From the NCBI GenBank assembly GCA_039621445.1, contig CP154954.1:6521425-6585424 (forward strand): a stretch of 64,000 bases of DNA, read 5' to 3'. Positions 49,965 through 63,468 of the stretch are shown here, piece by piece (position 1 is the stretch's first letter; each line of letters opens with the position of its first letter). Source of the DNA: Euglena gracilis. Taxonomy: Eukaryota. The notes beneath the pieces are model-generated. The model had not been told where the DNA came from. It made no database searches and was given only the letters and a program-made list of their open reading frames with translations. A program made the position numbers and the translations under genes.

Positions 49965-52300
49965 GCCAGATTGTGCACTGAAAAAAGGGGGGCCAGGGCA
50001 TTCTCCAAAGCACCTTGGGCGGATAGTAGGCTGCTAATCCTTCACCCCCTTCCACCGAACAAATTTTCAAACTTCTCGGGCGGAAAGGCCAAATTTTTTG
50101 AGTTTACCAGCCCCTGCACCTCTGGTGGAGTGGGGTCCCCTAACCTGGGGAGATACCTCCTGTTTGGCCAAAAATTATTTAATGATAGAGGCAATGGTAT
50201 CTGCCCAATGGTTTTATACGGGGTTTCAACGTAATTATAAGGGTACCCCCAGGTTTAACAAAGAAGCGTGTTATTGCCACATATGACATCATCAAAAGAA
50301 AGGGACTGGACTGGGGTCACTGGGAAATGGAGACAATTCTCTCCCACTCATTAAGTTTTTGACGTTTACGTTTGACTTTGGTGTAGGGTGCCCCCCCCCA
50401 ACACTCGTGTTTATTTGGACGTGTGCAAACACATAACTTCTATACAAACAGAGGATTCCCGAAAGGAAAATGAGTTGTGTACACAATGTACACATATCAG
50501 AGGGCGTGGGGGACTGTGCCAGCCACAGGAGGATTGGCAGGGGGTCCCAGAATGCACCATAGTTTACCAGATTTTGGTTCCAAAGTGATTTATAAGGTGC
50601 CAACATGGGATGGAACCTCAGGCGTCCCAAAGCCAGGGATTAAAAGCATAGCACTGCATAACATAAGCATAGCCTTTGGTAACTGAAACGGTTGAATTAA
50701 GGCGTCAACCACTTGGTCAGTGGTGGCTTCAGGGGGAGGTACCCCCATTTTGTCCAAAATCACCCATAAAAGGGTAAAGGCACTTTGGTAACACTTTAAA
50801 CTGAGGTTCCTTCCCAGCAAATCGTAAATGGTTGCATTTTGTATTTGTTTCCCCGCCAGAATTTGCCTGAGCAAATCATGAAAAGCAGGGGCCACCTGGG
50901 GGGGGGGCATATTTTCTTCCCTGAAATTGGTGAACCTACCCGTGGGGGGTGATTTTCAGGCAGAGGGTCCCTGGTACATTCATTTTTATTAACTGGGGCC
51001 ACCATGTGGCTGAATCCCAGTGGAGGGTGACCATCAAAACTTTGGCCTGTGGAAGGGCAGAAAATGTTTCATTATAGGCCAGGGGGGGTGTCTTTATGTT
51101 GTCCAATGGACATTGTAAGGCATCCACTGCTGTGGCTTCCCAGTGGGTCCACCTAGAAAGACATAGTGGCAGTTTTTGTGTTGCGTGGTGAGGCAAAAAA
51201 GTCCGTTTTCAGGGTTATGTATTTTTTAACTGCTGCCTCAGCCATTGAAAAAAATTGGGAGTCCAGGGATAATCCCCCCTGTCCATTTCTCACCTGCTTA
51301 TGGGGTCTGCTAGACAGTCCTTTGAAGGGACCCACTTTACAGCACGGGTTTATGTTGTGTAAGATGCACCATTTGAAAAAGGCTCCTAGCATGGAATTGA
51401 AGGGGTCTTTTCTGCCCCTCCTTTTGTTAAGTAATAGTAAAGTACTTGATTGTCCACTGACATGGACACAGTTTCTCCTGGTCGGCGGCTTTGTACTGTG
51501 CTTATTGCTGCACTTAATTCTTTTACAACTACCCCCCCCCTTTATTGTCCCCCCCCCCCTTTATTGTCCCTGGGCCCCGGCCGACGGGGGTTTTTTTTGG
51601 CCCGGCCAATGAAATTCCTTTGGTACCCCTTTATTGTCCCCCCCCCCTTTATTGTCCGGTCGGGCCTCCCGGGGGCAGGTCGGTGGGACAATAAAGGGGG
51701 GGGTATGTGCAAAATGGAGTTTTCCCTCAAAACTCCTGCACAATTTTGCCTGTTCGAATGTCCAGCCCCCTCCCAGGCATGGGTGCTGCTGTCTAAGTGT
51801 AACTCCCTGATTGTAATTTGGGGGAAATATCTGCCCCCCCAGGTGCCCAGCGGAATTTTCTTTTCTCTTAATTGGTCGTTTATTCTTTGGAAATGGGGTG
51901 TTTTGAGTCCAAGGGGAATGTGTAATTTTCCACAAAAAATTGCCAGGGCATCCGTAAAGGCCCTTAGAAAGGGCAGGGCCAATAGATTGCATCTTATTTG
52001 CCCAAAATGGCAGCCAATCGCCTTTTTGACATGTAATCTTTTTTTCCATTTTTGCCCATCCTTTGCCCACCAAGGGCTGGTGATGACTTCTGTTTTCTGG
52101 GCCTTCTGGCCACAGCGGTCCAAGGTCCGTGGCCTTCACTCGGGGGGGGGGGGGGGGGTTGTGGTGGGAAACTTCTGGGGTGGGGGTCTGGTGGGGAAGA
52201 ACGGCCACGGTTTGCCAGGTGTCGACCGCATCTCCAGCTGCCGTGGTCTCTGCTCCAGGACGTCCGCGGCTATATAATTCCAATTTATTTTCCACTGCCT
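49965..52300 (-). pseudogene. Degenerate DIRS-like YR retrotransposon (RNase H - MT-like - YR)
   Basis: Frameshifted motifs: LDSSTHAW, HI..KELSAA and VDNQV (RNase H); DFFASPRNTK..VDAL..WWPQL (DIRS MT-like); HSTRGAG (YR box II) near 50125. Confidence 0.75.
51532..51703. mobile_element. TA-TSD MITE (CCCCCCCCTTTATTGTCC TIR) inserted in DIRS RNase H
   Basis: TA flanks; excision restores HI-VVKELSAA; split copy at 56866-57000 / 60117-60158. Confidence 0.8.
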
Positions 52301-52699
52301 TGATCTTTGAAGTCCAAATTGAAGTTTTATAATTGACTTTTCAATTGGTATTCGTCTGATTCATGTCCTCATTGATATCGAATTGATATTGACTTCTTTA
52401 CTCGGTTCTTCGTTTGTGAGCTCTTTTCCATTCTTCTGGGTGTCGAAGGGCAAGTTAAGAATCACCCATTTCCGGTGAAAAAAGGCACCGAGCAGGGACT
52501 CCTAACCCAGCACAGCGAACAATCACACAACACTGCCGGCGAGCAAGGCATGGCCTCGCAATAGCAAAGTGCGGAGCCCGAGGTGTCCTAACCCAACGCG
52601 TGAAACAACAGGCCGCCGACGGGCAAGGCATTCGTACTACGTCGAGGCAGACCGACAAGGGAGGAAGGGACACCAAGGGCGAACCACACCTTTTCCTTG

Positions 52700-53600
52700 T
52701 GAGGCCTGGTTGTGCACTAAAATTAAGGGGGCCAGGGCCCTTTCAAGGAACCTTGGGCACCAAGTCTTTCATAATGGGACGTAAAAGCTTCCATCCCCTT
52801 CCACCGACCAAGTTCACAAACTTCTTGGGCAGAAACGCCCGATTTTTCGAGTAAACCAACTCCTGCCCCTCTGGTGCAGTGTGCCCCCTGGGGGGTCGGC
52901 ACACCCCTCCCCCCCCCCCCTCACCGACCCCCTCGCCACGCCATTTTACCCCCCCCCTCCCCCCCCTTTTCAGACCCCCTCGCCACGCCATGTCAGCCGC
53001 GCCAAAGAAAATTTTCTTGGAAAACCCCCGCGCACCCCTCCCCCCCCCATCCGGGACCCCCTCGCCACGCCAAAAACCCCCCTCCCCCCCCCCTAGCCGG
53101 CAAGCTCGCCACGGCGTGCCGACCCCCCCCCTACACCTGGGGGGTAACCCCATGCTTGGCCAAAAATATTTTGCGATATAATCAATGGTATCTGCTCTCA
53201 TGGCCCTGAATGTGGGTTTTAATGAAATTAGATCGGGCCCTCCAGGTCTGACCCATAGACGTGTTGCAAGGAAGGAGGCCATCACTGAATGAAATATTCT
53301 TTTTTTGTGGGCACTTGAGTAGGAACACAACACTTTCCAACCTGTGGAATTTCCGGCCCTTACGTTTAATCTTGATGTAGGATGCCCTACCCAACACACT
53401 GGTGGTTCGTTTGACTTATGCCAAGTCTGAGGATCGGTATAAACAGATAATCCTGGAGAAAAAAATCAGCTGTGTACGCAATGTACAAATATCAGTTGGC
53501 ATAGGCGCCTTTGCCAGTCACAAGAGGATTGGGACTGGATCCCGAATAGCCCAATACTTCGCCAGCACTTTTTGTAAAGGATTCTTGGAACACAAGGCAA
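52700..53600 (-). pseudogene. Second DIRS-like YR fragment with nested MITE (~52890-53131)
   Basis: Paralogous to 49965-50600; AHCTRGAG...CELGRWKGMEAFTSHYERLGA. Confidence 0.7.
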
Positions 53601-53659
53601 AAAAGGGGTTTTTTTTTGGTCGGCTTTAGGTGCTTTCCATCCCACCAAAATCCAACCTA

Positions 53660-53813
53660 CCATGCCCCCCCCATATAAGACCCCCCCTCGGGAGCCAAAA
53701 TCCTAGGGGGGGTCTTATACGGGGGGGGGGGTCTTATATGGGGGGGGTCGGTCCCGGCCAAAGGGCCGGCCTTCGGCCGGCCAGGGGGGGGGGCTTATAT
53801 GGGGGGGGTATGG
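53660..53813. mobile_element. TA-TSD MITE with central GGCCGGCCTTCGGCCGGCC hairpin
   Basis: Host repeat copy at ~61640 lacks it (empty site aaaatccaacccaatgccaaaatgg). Confidence 0.85.
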
Positions 53814-54102
53814 TAATGCCAAAATGGATGTTGTGGAGGTGCAATTTTCAAGCATGTCAACCAAAAAAGCTTCATTTTGGCATTTTAGGTGGCCTTTTGG
53901 GAACAGTAGGGGGGGGAGCTCGTCCCCCCCCTTACTGTCCCCCCTTACTGTTCCCATGGACCCAAAAGGAGGCCACGGGACGGGAACAGTAAGGGGGGGC
54001 ATGGTAATTCCCTGGGTTTCTGACTGACAAGGATAAATGTCTGTTTTTTTACGATTGACAAATGTCCTCCTTTTTGGCGACCGGAATGCTGCAGCCATCA
54101 AG

Positions 54103-54809
54103 CAGGGGGGGGGGGGAATTATGCGGTCCGCATTATTCCGCATTATTCCGCATTTTTCCGCATTTCCGCATTATTCCGCATTTTTCCGCATTTTTCCGCA
54201 TATTTTCCGCATTTTTTTGTAAATTTTCCGCATTTTCCGCATTTTCGCATTTGACCGCATTTTTTCCGCATTTTTCCGCATTTTCCCGCAGTTTTCCGCA
54301 TTTTTCCGCATAATTTCCGCATTATCCCGCATTTTCCGCATTTTTCCGCATAATTACTGCATTTTTTCGCATAATTTCCACATTTTTCCGCATAATTTCC
54401 GCATTTTTTGTGAATTTTTTACGTTTCAGGTCGACTACAAGGTTCATTGTTTCCCCAATATGTTGGAGCACAAGTGCTCGTCTTTTCATCTCTCTGTTTT
54501 ATACATAATTTGTGCTTTGTTTTTCCATTGCACTTTGGTGACTTCTGGCAAGCTTGGGCATCAGCGATGGGAATCAAATAGCATCGGGACCCTGCATATT
54601 GTGAGGTAGAAATATATCTATCCTCTCCATGTGACCTGGGACTCCACAGAATTTCGGCATGTTTTCCGCATTTTCCGCATTTTTCCGCATATTTTCCGCA
54701 TTTTTTTTCCGCATAATTTCCGCATAATTTCCGCATTTTTCCGCATTTTTCCGCATAATTTCCGCATTTTTTCCCCGCCTGCCAGACCGCATAATTTCCC
54801 CCCCCCCTG
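54103..54809. mobile_element. hAT-like element with (TTTTCCGCA)n subterminal arrays
   Basis: TIR CAGGGGG..AATTATGCGG / CCGCATAATT..CCCCTG; flanking repeat (c)catcaag. Confidence 0.8.
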
Positions 54810-55901
54810 CATCAAGGGCAAGCGCAACTGAGCACCCAGAAAAGGCACTCTCAACTTTGGATCGGAGAGCCAAATCACCCGAAAATTCCTACCCCCCCCA
54901 GAGGCACGGCAAGGAAATTTTTTTGGGAAGCTTTCTTCAATACGTGCGGGCTCTTCACATGTTCACATTGTTACCATCTTGCCGCCCTTTGGGTGGCCAA
55001 ACAAACCCAAAACTCATGGTCGGAGGGGGAAAAAAGTCTTCCTTTTTCCAATCTGAAGTTGTTGTTTGTGAATATCTCCACTCCCGTCTCGCCGCCCTTT
55101 GGGTGGCAACAAGAAACACATGTATCTTAAATATTAGCATCTGCATTTTCGCGAATCGCGAAGTGTTTAAAGCAATGCCCCGAAAAATATCAGTGTTTTA
55201 ATCAAAAGGGCAAATGTTTCCGGTTTAACCGCTGTATATTCAATGCCTGGACCCCCCCTGAGCCTTTTTTTCAGAATTACTCTTGATAAATGTTGGCTGG
55301 ACCCGCTGGTTTTTTTCAGACATATGGTTGGAAAATTTTGGCTGGAACCCGCTGGGCTTTTTTTCCAGAAATGCGGTTGGGGAATAGGGCTGGAGCCCCA
55401 TGGCTTTTTCAGAGTTTGTGTGGGGAGATTTTATATTTGAACCCCTGGGTTTTTTTCGGAATTAACTTTGGGAAATTTTGGCTGTTCCCCCCTGGGCCTA
55501 AAGGGGAATGCAAGTGACCGTATTTCTAAGTGCTCCCTAGCCCGAAGGGGGTGAACGCCGGTTCTGTCCTAAGTCGGTGACCCCCCCCCCCCACCAGACT
55601 CAGGACAAAGCCGGCGACCCCCTACGGTGGACTCAGGGGTGACAAAGCCGGTGGAGGGGGTCCACCGGCTTTGTCTTGAGTCCGGTGGACCCCCCCCCAA
55701 TTTTCAAACAGCCGAAATGAATATGGTTGCAACCACATTTGGGACACTGAAACAACAGTTGGATGGTTGTCAAGGTAGCAAGAAGCCGTCAAAGCACAGG
55801 GAGGATGGGAGCTGCCACCGAAAAAACCTGGTGCAGGCAAACGTCATGCCAATGGATTGTTCCAGGACAAAAAAAACGGAGGTAGGCAGTTGGTGTAATC
55901 C

Positions 55902-56117
55902 TCAATGCTTGCGCTTCGCATTCAGAACACGAGCGGGCATGGGGGGCATCTCCCTGCCATCACACCAAGGACAACACCAACTGTTGCGGGGAGGGAGCAT
56001 GGTGCGGCCAGCACAGTCAAGGTGCCAAAATTCGTGGCACAAATCGCAATCCATTGGGCGAAGCAAGCCTCGCTTGCCCAAAGGCAGAAAACACCGAGCA
56101 CAAGGCTTTCCTTGCAT
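55902..56117 (-). pseudogene. PHD-finger fragment
   Basis: CARC...MDCDLCHEFWHLDCAG...WCCPWC (C4HC3). Confidence 0.6.
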
Positions 56118-56999
56118 GCGCTCCTCGGGTTGCGCATTTTTTCAAATTTTCCAAAAATGCGCATTTTTGCGCATTTTTTCGCATTTTTTGCGCATTTTTT
56201 CGTTTTTTTTCAGCACATTTTTTTTTGCTTTTTGGCACATTTTTTCGTGATTTTCCAAAATTTTCGGGCTCCCGGATCTGGCCTGGGGGGGGGGGGGTTG
56301 TGGGCAGACCCTAGGGTCTGCCCACGGTCGCCAAAGGTCGCCAAAGGTCGCTATGGGTATTTCCTACTCAGTCTTTTTTGCATTGTAGCGGCGTAGGCAA
56401 CTGTTCCAGGGCCCTAAAAAAAAAATCCCTTGTGTGTGCAACACCTTTTGTGTGTATGTTGCGCTAATTTGCCGTGGAGCGCATTTTTTGACATCGACCC
56501 ACCCACGACCTTTGGCGACCATGGCGACCTTTGGCGACCCTAGGGTCTGCCCACAACCCCCCCCCCCAGGCCAAATCTACCCCCCAAATTTTCACATTTT
56601 TTGACCATTTTTGCAATCTTTTGCAAAAGTTTGAAAAATTTGACTTTTTTTGAAACGTACATTTTCCTCATTATTCTACATAATTTCTTCAAATTTGGTG
56701 CCATTTTTGCATGTTTTTGGGTAATTTTTGCATTTTTGTGATTTTTGCGCATTTTTCCTCGGATTTTGCACATTTTTGCGCATTTTTTTGCGCATTTTTG
56801 CGCATTTTTTTCCGAGGCCGGGCAAGCGCATTTCCCCCCCCCCCTGCAAAAAGAAAACAACACATACCCCCCCCCCCCATATTGTCCCACCGACCTCCCC
56901 CCGGGAGGCCCAACCGGACAATGTGGGGGGGGACAATATGGGGGTACCAAAGGAATTTCATTGGCCGAGCCAAAAAAACCCCCCGGCGGGTTTCCCGCC

Positions 57000-59900
57000 G
57001 AAAACCCGATGGGTGATCTGGTAATCCAGAACCCGATGGTGGTTGGTATGATCGCGAATGCGATACATGACCAATACCAGGTGTGGAGTGTTGGCTCCTT
57101 CCTCGTACAAGGTTGGAATGTTGAATTTCTTGGTGGAGACTCGAATTTTCGAGCGGGGGGTCAATTTCCTCATCGGAAATGTGTTGTGAAAAGTGAGTTT
57201 GTGGTGTGGGCAAAAGCAAAGGTGGTACAATTCGCGTTTTCGCGGGTGGTTGTACCAAATTCGCGGTGGAGGTAGGGATTCCTACTCCAGAAATGGTAAT
57301 TTGAGAACGCGATTCCGGGACATTTGGAATACCAACCGCAGCGCTTACCGCGGTGGGTGGTTGCACAACCGGTACCGGAGTGGACATTTTATCCAAACTC
57401 GCGGACAAGTCATGCACCGTTTCTTCCAAATGTTCCACCAACTGGAGTTGGCCGCAAATACGGTCAACCTCAGTCTCCAAATGCCTAACGCGTTTGCGGT
57501 AACGGGAAAAATCGTCCAAGTGTGGTAACTTTTCAGAAACCAAGTGTAAATCTTGGACAAGTTGTCCTTGGGACTCCTCCACATTCCGGAGTTGACCCGC
57601 AAGCGCTTTTACTGCATTTGAGACAATTTGTAATTGGTGGAGTGAATTGGTGGGGATTTCCGCGGTGGTGCGCGAACTTTCCGCGGTTGGCTTTTCCAAC
57701 AACACAGAAATTCGTCCATCCAACCGTGAAACCTCATCTTGCATGGATTGGGCATTCCGATTCACCGATTCCTCAAGTTGAATCAAACTTGTGCAAAATG
57801 CTTGCAAGGTTTCCTTGTTGTCACCAAGCATTTTGTTGTAAAATGAGCGAAACTCCGGTGACTCGGATATCCGAGCGCACGAAATGTTGGGAAGTGAGCG
57901 AATTTCCGCTACTGTGGTGGACAACAAGGTGCAACGGGTTTGTAATTCCCCAATAGCGGCTTGAATACCACTAATGTCGGGAATTCGCTTGGAAAGTGCG
58001 GAAACATGCTCCTGCAAACCGACAACGGTGGCATTAATACCGCCAATGTCCGTTTGCATTTGTTGTTGCGCGAAATCCAACCATTGTGCGCAATCCGCGA
58101 TTTTCGCGTTCAAGGTGGCATAGCTGGCACTTCGTTTAAAACGAAGTCAAAAAAACAGGTTTTTTTTTAAAAAAACATGTTTTTTTAAAAAAAACAAAAA
58201 AAACGTCATTGAGGGTCCAGGGCAAAAAAAAATTTTGTCTTTAATTTTAGCTTTTTTTGCCCATCCTCGGTCAGAGAAAGATATCAAATTTGGGATGTTT
58301 CAACTTGAAACATCCCAAAATGGCAGAAAAATGCCCTATTTTGACCATTCTTGTTGAAGACAACCAAAAGTATTGGTTTTCAAGTCATTTGAGCTAAGGT
58401 TGGTTCACCCTTGCGATCAAAGGCAAAATTTGGACCATCATTTTCCCCTTCGTTTTTTTTGCCGTTTTTTTTGCCCGTTTTTTTTAATAAAAAACAAAAA
58501 AACGTTTTTTTAAAAAAAACAAAAAAACGCCAGCTATGGTTGTACCATTTTGTCCCAGTGGCCTGCAAAGGCCATGGGCGTGCAAAGGCCCCCCCCCCTG
58601 ACCATTTTGCTCCAGTGCCTGCCAAGTCACTGGGCCTACAAAGGCCCCCCTGTGGGGGTGTCTCCCCCGCATCCCCCCCGCGTCCCCCCCTGCGTCCCAC
58701 TTTGGAACCAAAATTTTGTTCTCGAGACGGCCAAATTCGGGAGGCTGATTCCTAATTTCAGGCAAATTTGAGGTTGGTGATTCCTAATTTGGTGTGGGTG
58801 ATTCCTAATTTGCGGTGGGTGATTCCTAATTTGGGGTGGGTTAGTCCTAATTTGTTGTGGTGGAATCCTAGTTTGACTAAATTTCTCTCACGGCAAATTC
58901 CTAATTTTGATGTCCCAAAAATGGCGTCTCCCCCGCGTCCCCCCCCCCCCGCGTCCCCCCCCCCGCGTCCCCCCCCGCGTCCCCCCGCGTCCCAGACACT
59001 CCCTGTGACACCATTTTGGCCTGTTGCACCATTTTGTCCCAGTGGCCTGCAAAGGCCCTGGGCCTGCAAAGGCCCCCCCTGACATTATTTTGTTCCAGAG
59101 TGCAAAGTCCCTGGGCCTGCAAATACCCCCATGAGACACCAGTTCAAAAGATTGCACCATTTTGCTCCAGTGCGCTTTGGGTTGCTTCATAGCTGGCACT
59201 TCGTTTAAAACGAAGTCAAAAAAAACACGTTTTTTTAAAAAAAACATGTTTTTTTAAAAAAAACAAAAAAAACGCCATTGAGGGTCCAGGGCAAAAAATT
59301 TTTTTGCCTTTAATTTTAGCTTTTTTGCCCATCCTCGGTCAGAGAAAGACACCAAATTTGGGATGTTTCAAGTTAGTTTGGAATGGTTTCAAGCCAAAAT
59401 GGCAGAAAAATGCCCTATTTTGACCATTCTTGTTGAAGACAACCAAAAGTATTGGTTTTGAGCTGAGATTGGTTCACCATTGCGATCAAAGGCAAAATTT
59501 GGACCATCATTTTCCCCTTTGTTTTTTTTGCCGTTTTTTTTGCCCGTTTTTTTAATAAAAAACAAAAAAAAACGTTTTTTTAAAAAAAAACAAAAAAACG
59601 CCAGCTATGCAAGGTGGTTAATCCATCCTGATTTGCGGCACAATGGCAGGATTTTTGCTCCAAGTGTAGGATGCGTTCCTCCAAAACCTGGATTTGCGAA
59701 CGGGGAACAAAATTTTCTTGCACTTTCGCCTGAAATTGCTTCAAATGCTCGATTTCCGAGCCAAGATGCAAAATCCGTTGTTGGGCTTCTTGGAAAGAAG
59801 TGGTGAGTGCGGCAAAATGCTCAACCGCAACAAAGTTACCGATTTCCGGCATTTTGGGGGTGGCATTTTGCGCTTGTAACTGGTGCTGCAATTGCAGTAA

Positions 59901-60115
59901 CATGTTGAACATGATTCCACTTGGCGAAAAGATGGCTCATACCATCTTGCACATGCAGAAACTTGGAATCATTCCGCGTTTCCGCTTCATGCAGTGTTTC
60001 ACTGACTTGTTGGAAATTTTGTGGAAGCTGGATGCGCAAAATACTGTCAACACTTTCCCGAAAATGCTGAAGGTCTTTCCCCGCATTTTCAAAATTGTGT
60101 TGGCAATATTTGCCG
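57000..60115 (-). pseudogene. Long coiled-coil ORF (gag/ORF1-like, unknown), interrupted by insertion
   Basis: Heptad-rich ORFs at 59610-60115 and 57000-58113 join in frame (QDGLTTL|NAKIADC) once 58119-59609 plus one TSD is removed. Frameshift near 59910. Confidence 0.55.
58119..59609. mobile_element. Composite CATAGCTGGC-TIR element with 8-bp TSD
   Basis: Two ~420-bp direct copies (58119-58538, 59188-59609), each with TIR CATAGCTGGC...GCCAGCTATG; outer TSD caaggtgg. Confidence 0.8.
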
Positions 60116-60539
60116 ATCCGTCGGCCGGGGCCGAGGGACAATATGGGGGGGGTGGTACAAACAGCATTTGTAATAGGGGTTTTTTCAGTTGTGGACCCGG
60201 GGGGGGGGGGGTAGGGTGGGTGGGTCCCGCCGAGCCCCCCTCCCTCGGGGGGTCCCCAGGGGAGTGGGATAAACTTTTCGGCGCCGAAGGTGCCAAAATT
60301 TTTTGAAAAAGTTCTATTTTTGGAATTTTTCTGTTTATGGCCGGCGCTAACTTCGTTTCTGCCCCCCCCCTCTCCGAGAAAAAATTGTTTCTACACCGCT
60401 GCTGGTCGGCAACTACCCTCACCCCCCCCCTCAAAGTGTCCCTCCCCCCAAAGTGGCCAAAATTTTTGGCAAATTTCAGGTTAACCCTTCATCCCAAAAA
60501 GGTGTGGTTGGCAAGGCGTTGCACATGTGAAAGCCAGTA

Positions 60540-60770
60540 ACCCCCTCCCCCCCCCCAAATAGAAGCACGGGTGCGCTTATAGGGGACCGCCGGCGGCGGG
60601 GGGTGCGCTTCTATTTGGACCCTACCCAAGCGATTTTTGTTGATATCCTTCAGAAATCCCATCAAAATGGGGGGTGCGCTTGTAGCGGACCGCTGCCTTC
60701 AGTGGCGGGGGGTGCGCTTTTATTTGGACCCTGCACTTGTAGCGGCCCCATGCTTCTATTAGGGGGGGGG
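60540..60770. repeat. MITE-like repeat, inverted copy of ~20405-20610
   Basis: Shared ccccctaatagaag..gggtccaaatagaagcgcaccccc motifs. Confidence 0.65.
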
Positions 60771-62358
60771 TTTACCCTTTGTGGACTACGAAGATGCAGA
60801 GATAAAAAATGAACTTTTTTTTCCAAAAAAGCATTTCATTTTTTTTTCACCGAAATGTTTTTTTAAGAAACATGTTTTTTTCGGGACGGAGTCTGTGTCT
60901 AAGACGCAGTTTTTGCTATAAGGGTTGGGGTTGGGGTTAGGGTTCGACTCTGCCGTTTGGGGGTCGTGGTTTTGGGGGTGGGGGTCGTACAGCGAACAAG
61001 TACCCAAATAAAACTAGAAACAGAAGAAATAGAATGGGTGCAAAGGTGCGTTGGGCAGAACAAGGAGATGGTAATGCCTTGTAGAACTGCATTTAAAAAC
61101 AACCCGTTTTTTTTGCCGTTTTGAAGGGGAAAAAAACACATTCTTTGTTGTTTTCATAAAAAAGAACAAAAAACTTTTTTTTATATAAAAAAACACCAGC
61201 ATGGTACTAGCATTGCGGCGAAAGAAATATTGAAATATTTCACTTGAAATATTTCATGAAATTTCAGAAATACATTTTACCCTTGGTGAAAGATTTGAAA
61301 TATGGACCCTTCCTGACAACCCACTTGAATGGGAAAAGCATGGCGAGGTTATGTGGATCCTTCATGGTTGCAAAAATGGGGGAAATCTTTTTCATCTTTC
61401 GAAATATTTCTGAAATGTTTTTGACATATTTCTGAAATGAAATATATTTTTCCAATCTTTCGAAAGATACCCAATGCTACATGGTACCCAGAATGGTGGT
61501 GCCCCCGCGTCCCCCCCCGCGTCCCCCCCCGCGTCCCCCCCGCGTCCCCAACCCCCATAGCACTTTTTTAAAGGATTCTCGGAACACAAGGCAAAAAGGG
61601 ATTTTTTGGTCGGTTTTAGTTGCTCTCAATCCCACCAAAATCCAACCCAATGCCAAAATGGATGTTGTGGAGGTGCATTTTTCAAGCATGTCAACCAAAA
61701 AAGCTTCATTTTGGCATTTTAGGTCGCCTTTTGGGTCTAACTTGGTTGGTTGGTTCATGGCCCATGGGAACAGTAAGGGGGCGGGGAGCTCGTCCCCCCC
61801 CCCCTTACTGTCCCCCGTGGACCCAAAAGGGGGCCACGGGACGGGAACAGTAAGGGGGGGGTCAATGTAATTTTAACAACCATTTTTTTCTAAAAAAAAC
61901 CAGAAAAAAAACGCCCACGAGGTTTCGCACGTAAAATTTTTTCAATGCACATTTTCAATCATTTTTGGCAACTTTTGGGTCATTTCTGCCAAGAACTTCT
62001 TTACACAAAAACGAAAAGAGCAAAAAAAATGCATTTTTGGATGTTTTTTTTGGACATTTTTTGCAGTTTTTGAATTTGGTAGGATCGAAGTATGCGTGTT
62101 CCATGACGAGAGTTTTCAATGAAATTTCCCTAGGCGTGGGGGGGATTTGCTAGTGGGAGCGTCAAACTTTGATCAGTACCCCCCCCTAATTGAACCCCCC
62201 AATTGACCAAACGCCCCGGGAATTTTTTACCCCCCCCCCCACAATTGGGATTCCGTGCTGAAGCACCCCTTAATTGACGGTACCCCCCCTTAATTGACGG
62301 CACCCCCCCCCCCCCCCAATTGACCCCTCCCCAATTGCCCAAAAGGGGGGTCCCGGGG

Positions 62359-63468
62359 GGTCCTAGGCGGTAGACTGGGGGGGGGGGGGTCCTGGGTGGT
62401 CGGCCGACTAGTCGGCCGACCACCCAATTGGTCGGCCGACTAGGCCTGGTCGGCAGCCAGTCGACGAGACAGGGGGGGGGCGTCCTGGGTGGTCGGCGGA
62501 CTAGTCGGCCGACCACCCACTCTAATGTAGTTACGGGCCAGTCTCGCCGACTTTTTATGAAGAAAATTGTGTGCAAACTAGTCGGTGGCTAGTCGGTGGG
62601 CATAAAAATTGTCTGTGGCGGGTCCAAACCACCCGGAAATGGTCCGGATGGGGCCAAATAATTGCCTTACACCAACAGGAACACCCTCAGATGGAAATTT
62701 TTGGTCGGTGGGGGGTCGGTGGGCCCTTGATGGGGTCCGGAGGGGTAAAAAACCAATGACGAAACAGGGATTACATGAAAATCCTTTAGAAATGCAAGCA
62801 TTCTGCATCAGGACAGGCTGAAAACTCCCCCCTCCACCCCCACCCGAGCCCAGATAACAAAATCCCTATGTTGGCAACATACTCGGGGGCTAAGTCGTTT
62901 TTGTGGCTCACTTTGGCATAGGCGGGGGGGGGGCGGAGCCCCCCCCCGCACCCCCCCCCCCTCAAATAACAAAATCCCTTCTATGTTGGGGGGGGCTCCG
63001 CCCCCCCCCACCCCCCCCCCAAATAACAAAATCCCTTCTATGTTGGCAATATACTTGGAGGGCTAAGTCCTTTTGTGCAAAATTTGACTAATATTGACTT
63101 ATATGCAACGGAGAGAGGTGTTCTTTTGCCAAAAGTGGCCCAAAATGGACATTTTGCCCCAATTTTTTTTGCATCTTCACCCCCGATTGGGGGGTTCTGG
63201 AGCCATTTGGGTGGGTTTTGACTGGTTTTGGGGTGATTTGGACAAAATTTTTTCTCAGGGGGGGGGCTTAAAAGTCGGCGAAACTGGCCCGTAACTACAT
63301 TGGAGTGGGTGGTCGGCCGACTAGTCGGCCGACCACCCAGGACCCCCCCCCCCCCCTGTCTCCCCGACTAGCTGCCGACCAGGCCTAGTCGGCCGACCAA
63401 TTGGGTGGTCGGCCGACTGGTCGGCCGACCACCCAGGACCCCCCCCCCCCAGTCTACCGTTTGCCACT
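62359..63468. mobile_element. 9-bp-TSD long-TIR element (copy of 29741-31119, inverted)
   Basis: TSD gtcccgggg; same asymmetric outer ends GGTCCTAGGCGG / CCGTTTGCCACT. Confidence 0.8.

Noticed and set aside
54037-54878. ORFs rich in FRIFPH / MRKNAE
   Set aside because: Translations of TTTTCCGCA repeats.
60919-60945. Telomere-like TTAGGG/TTGGGG tract
   Set aside because: Only ~4 degenerate units, internal.
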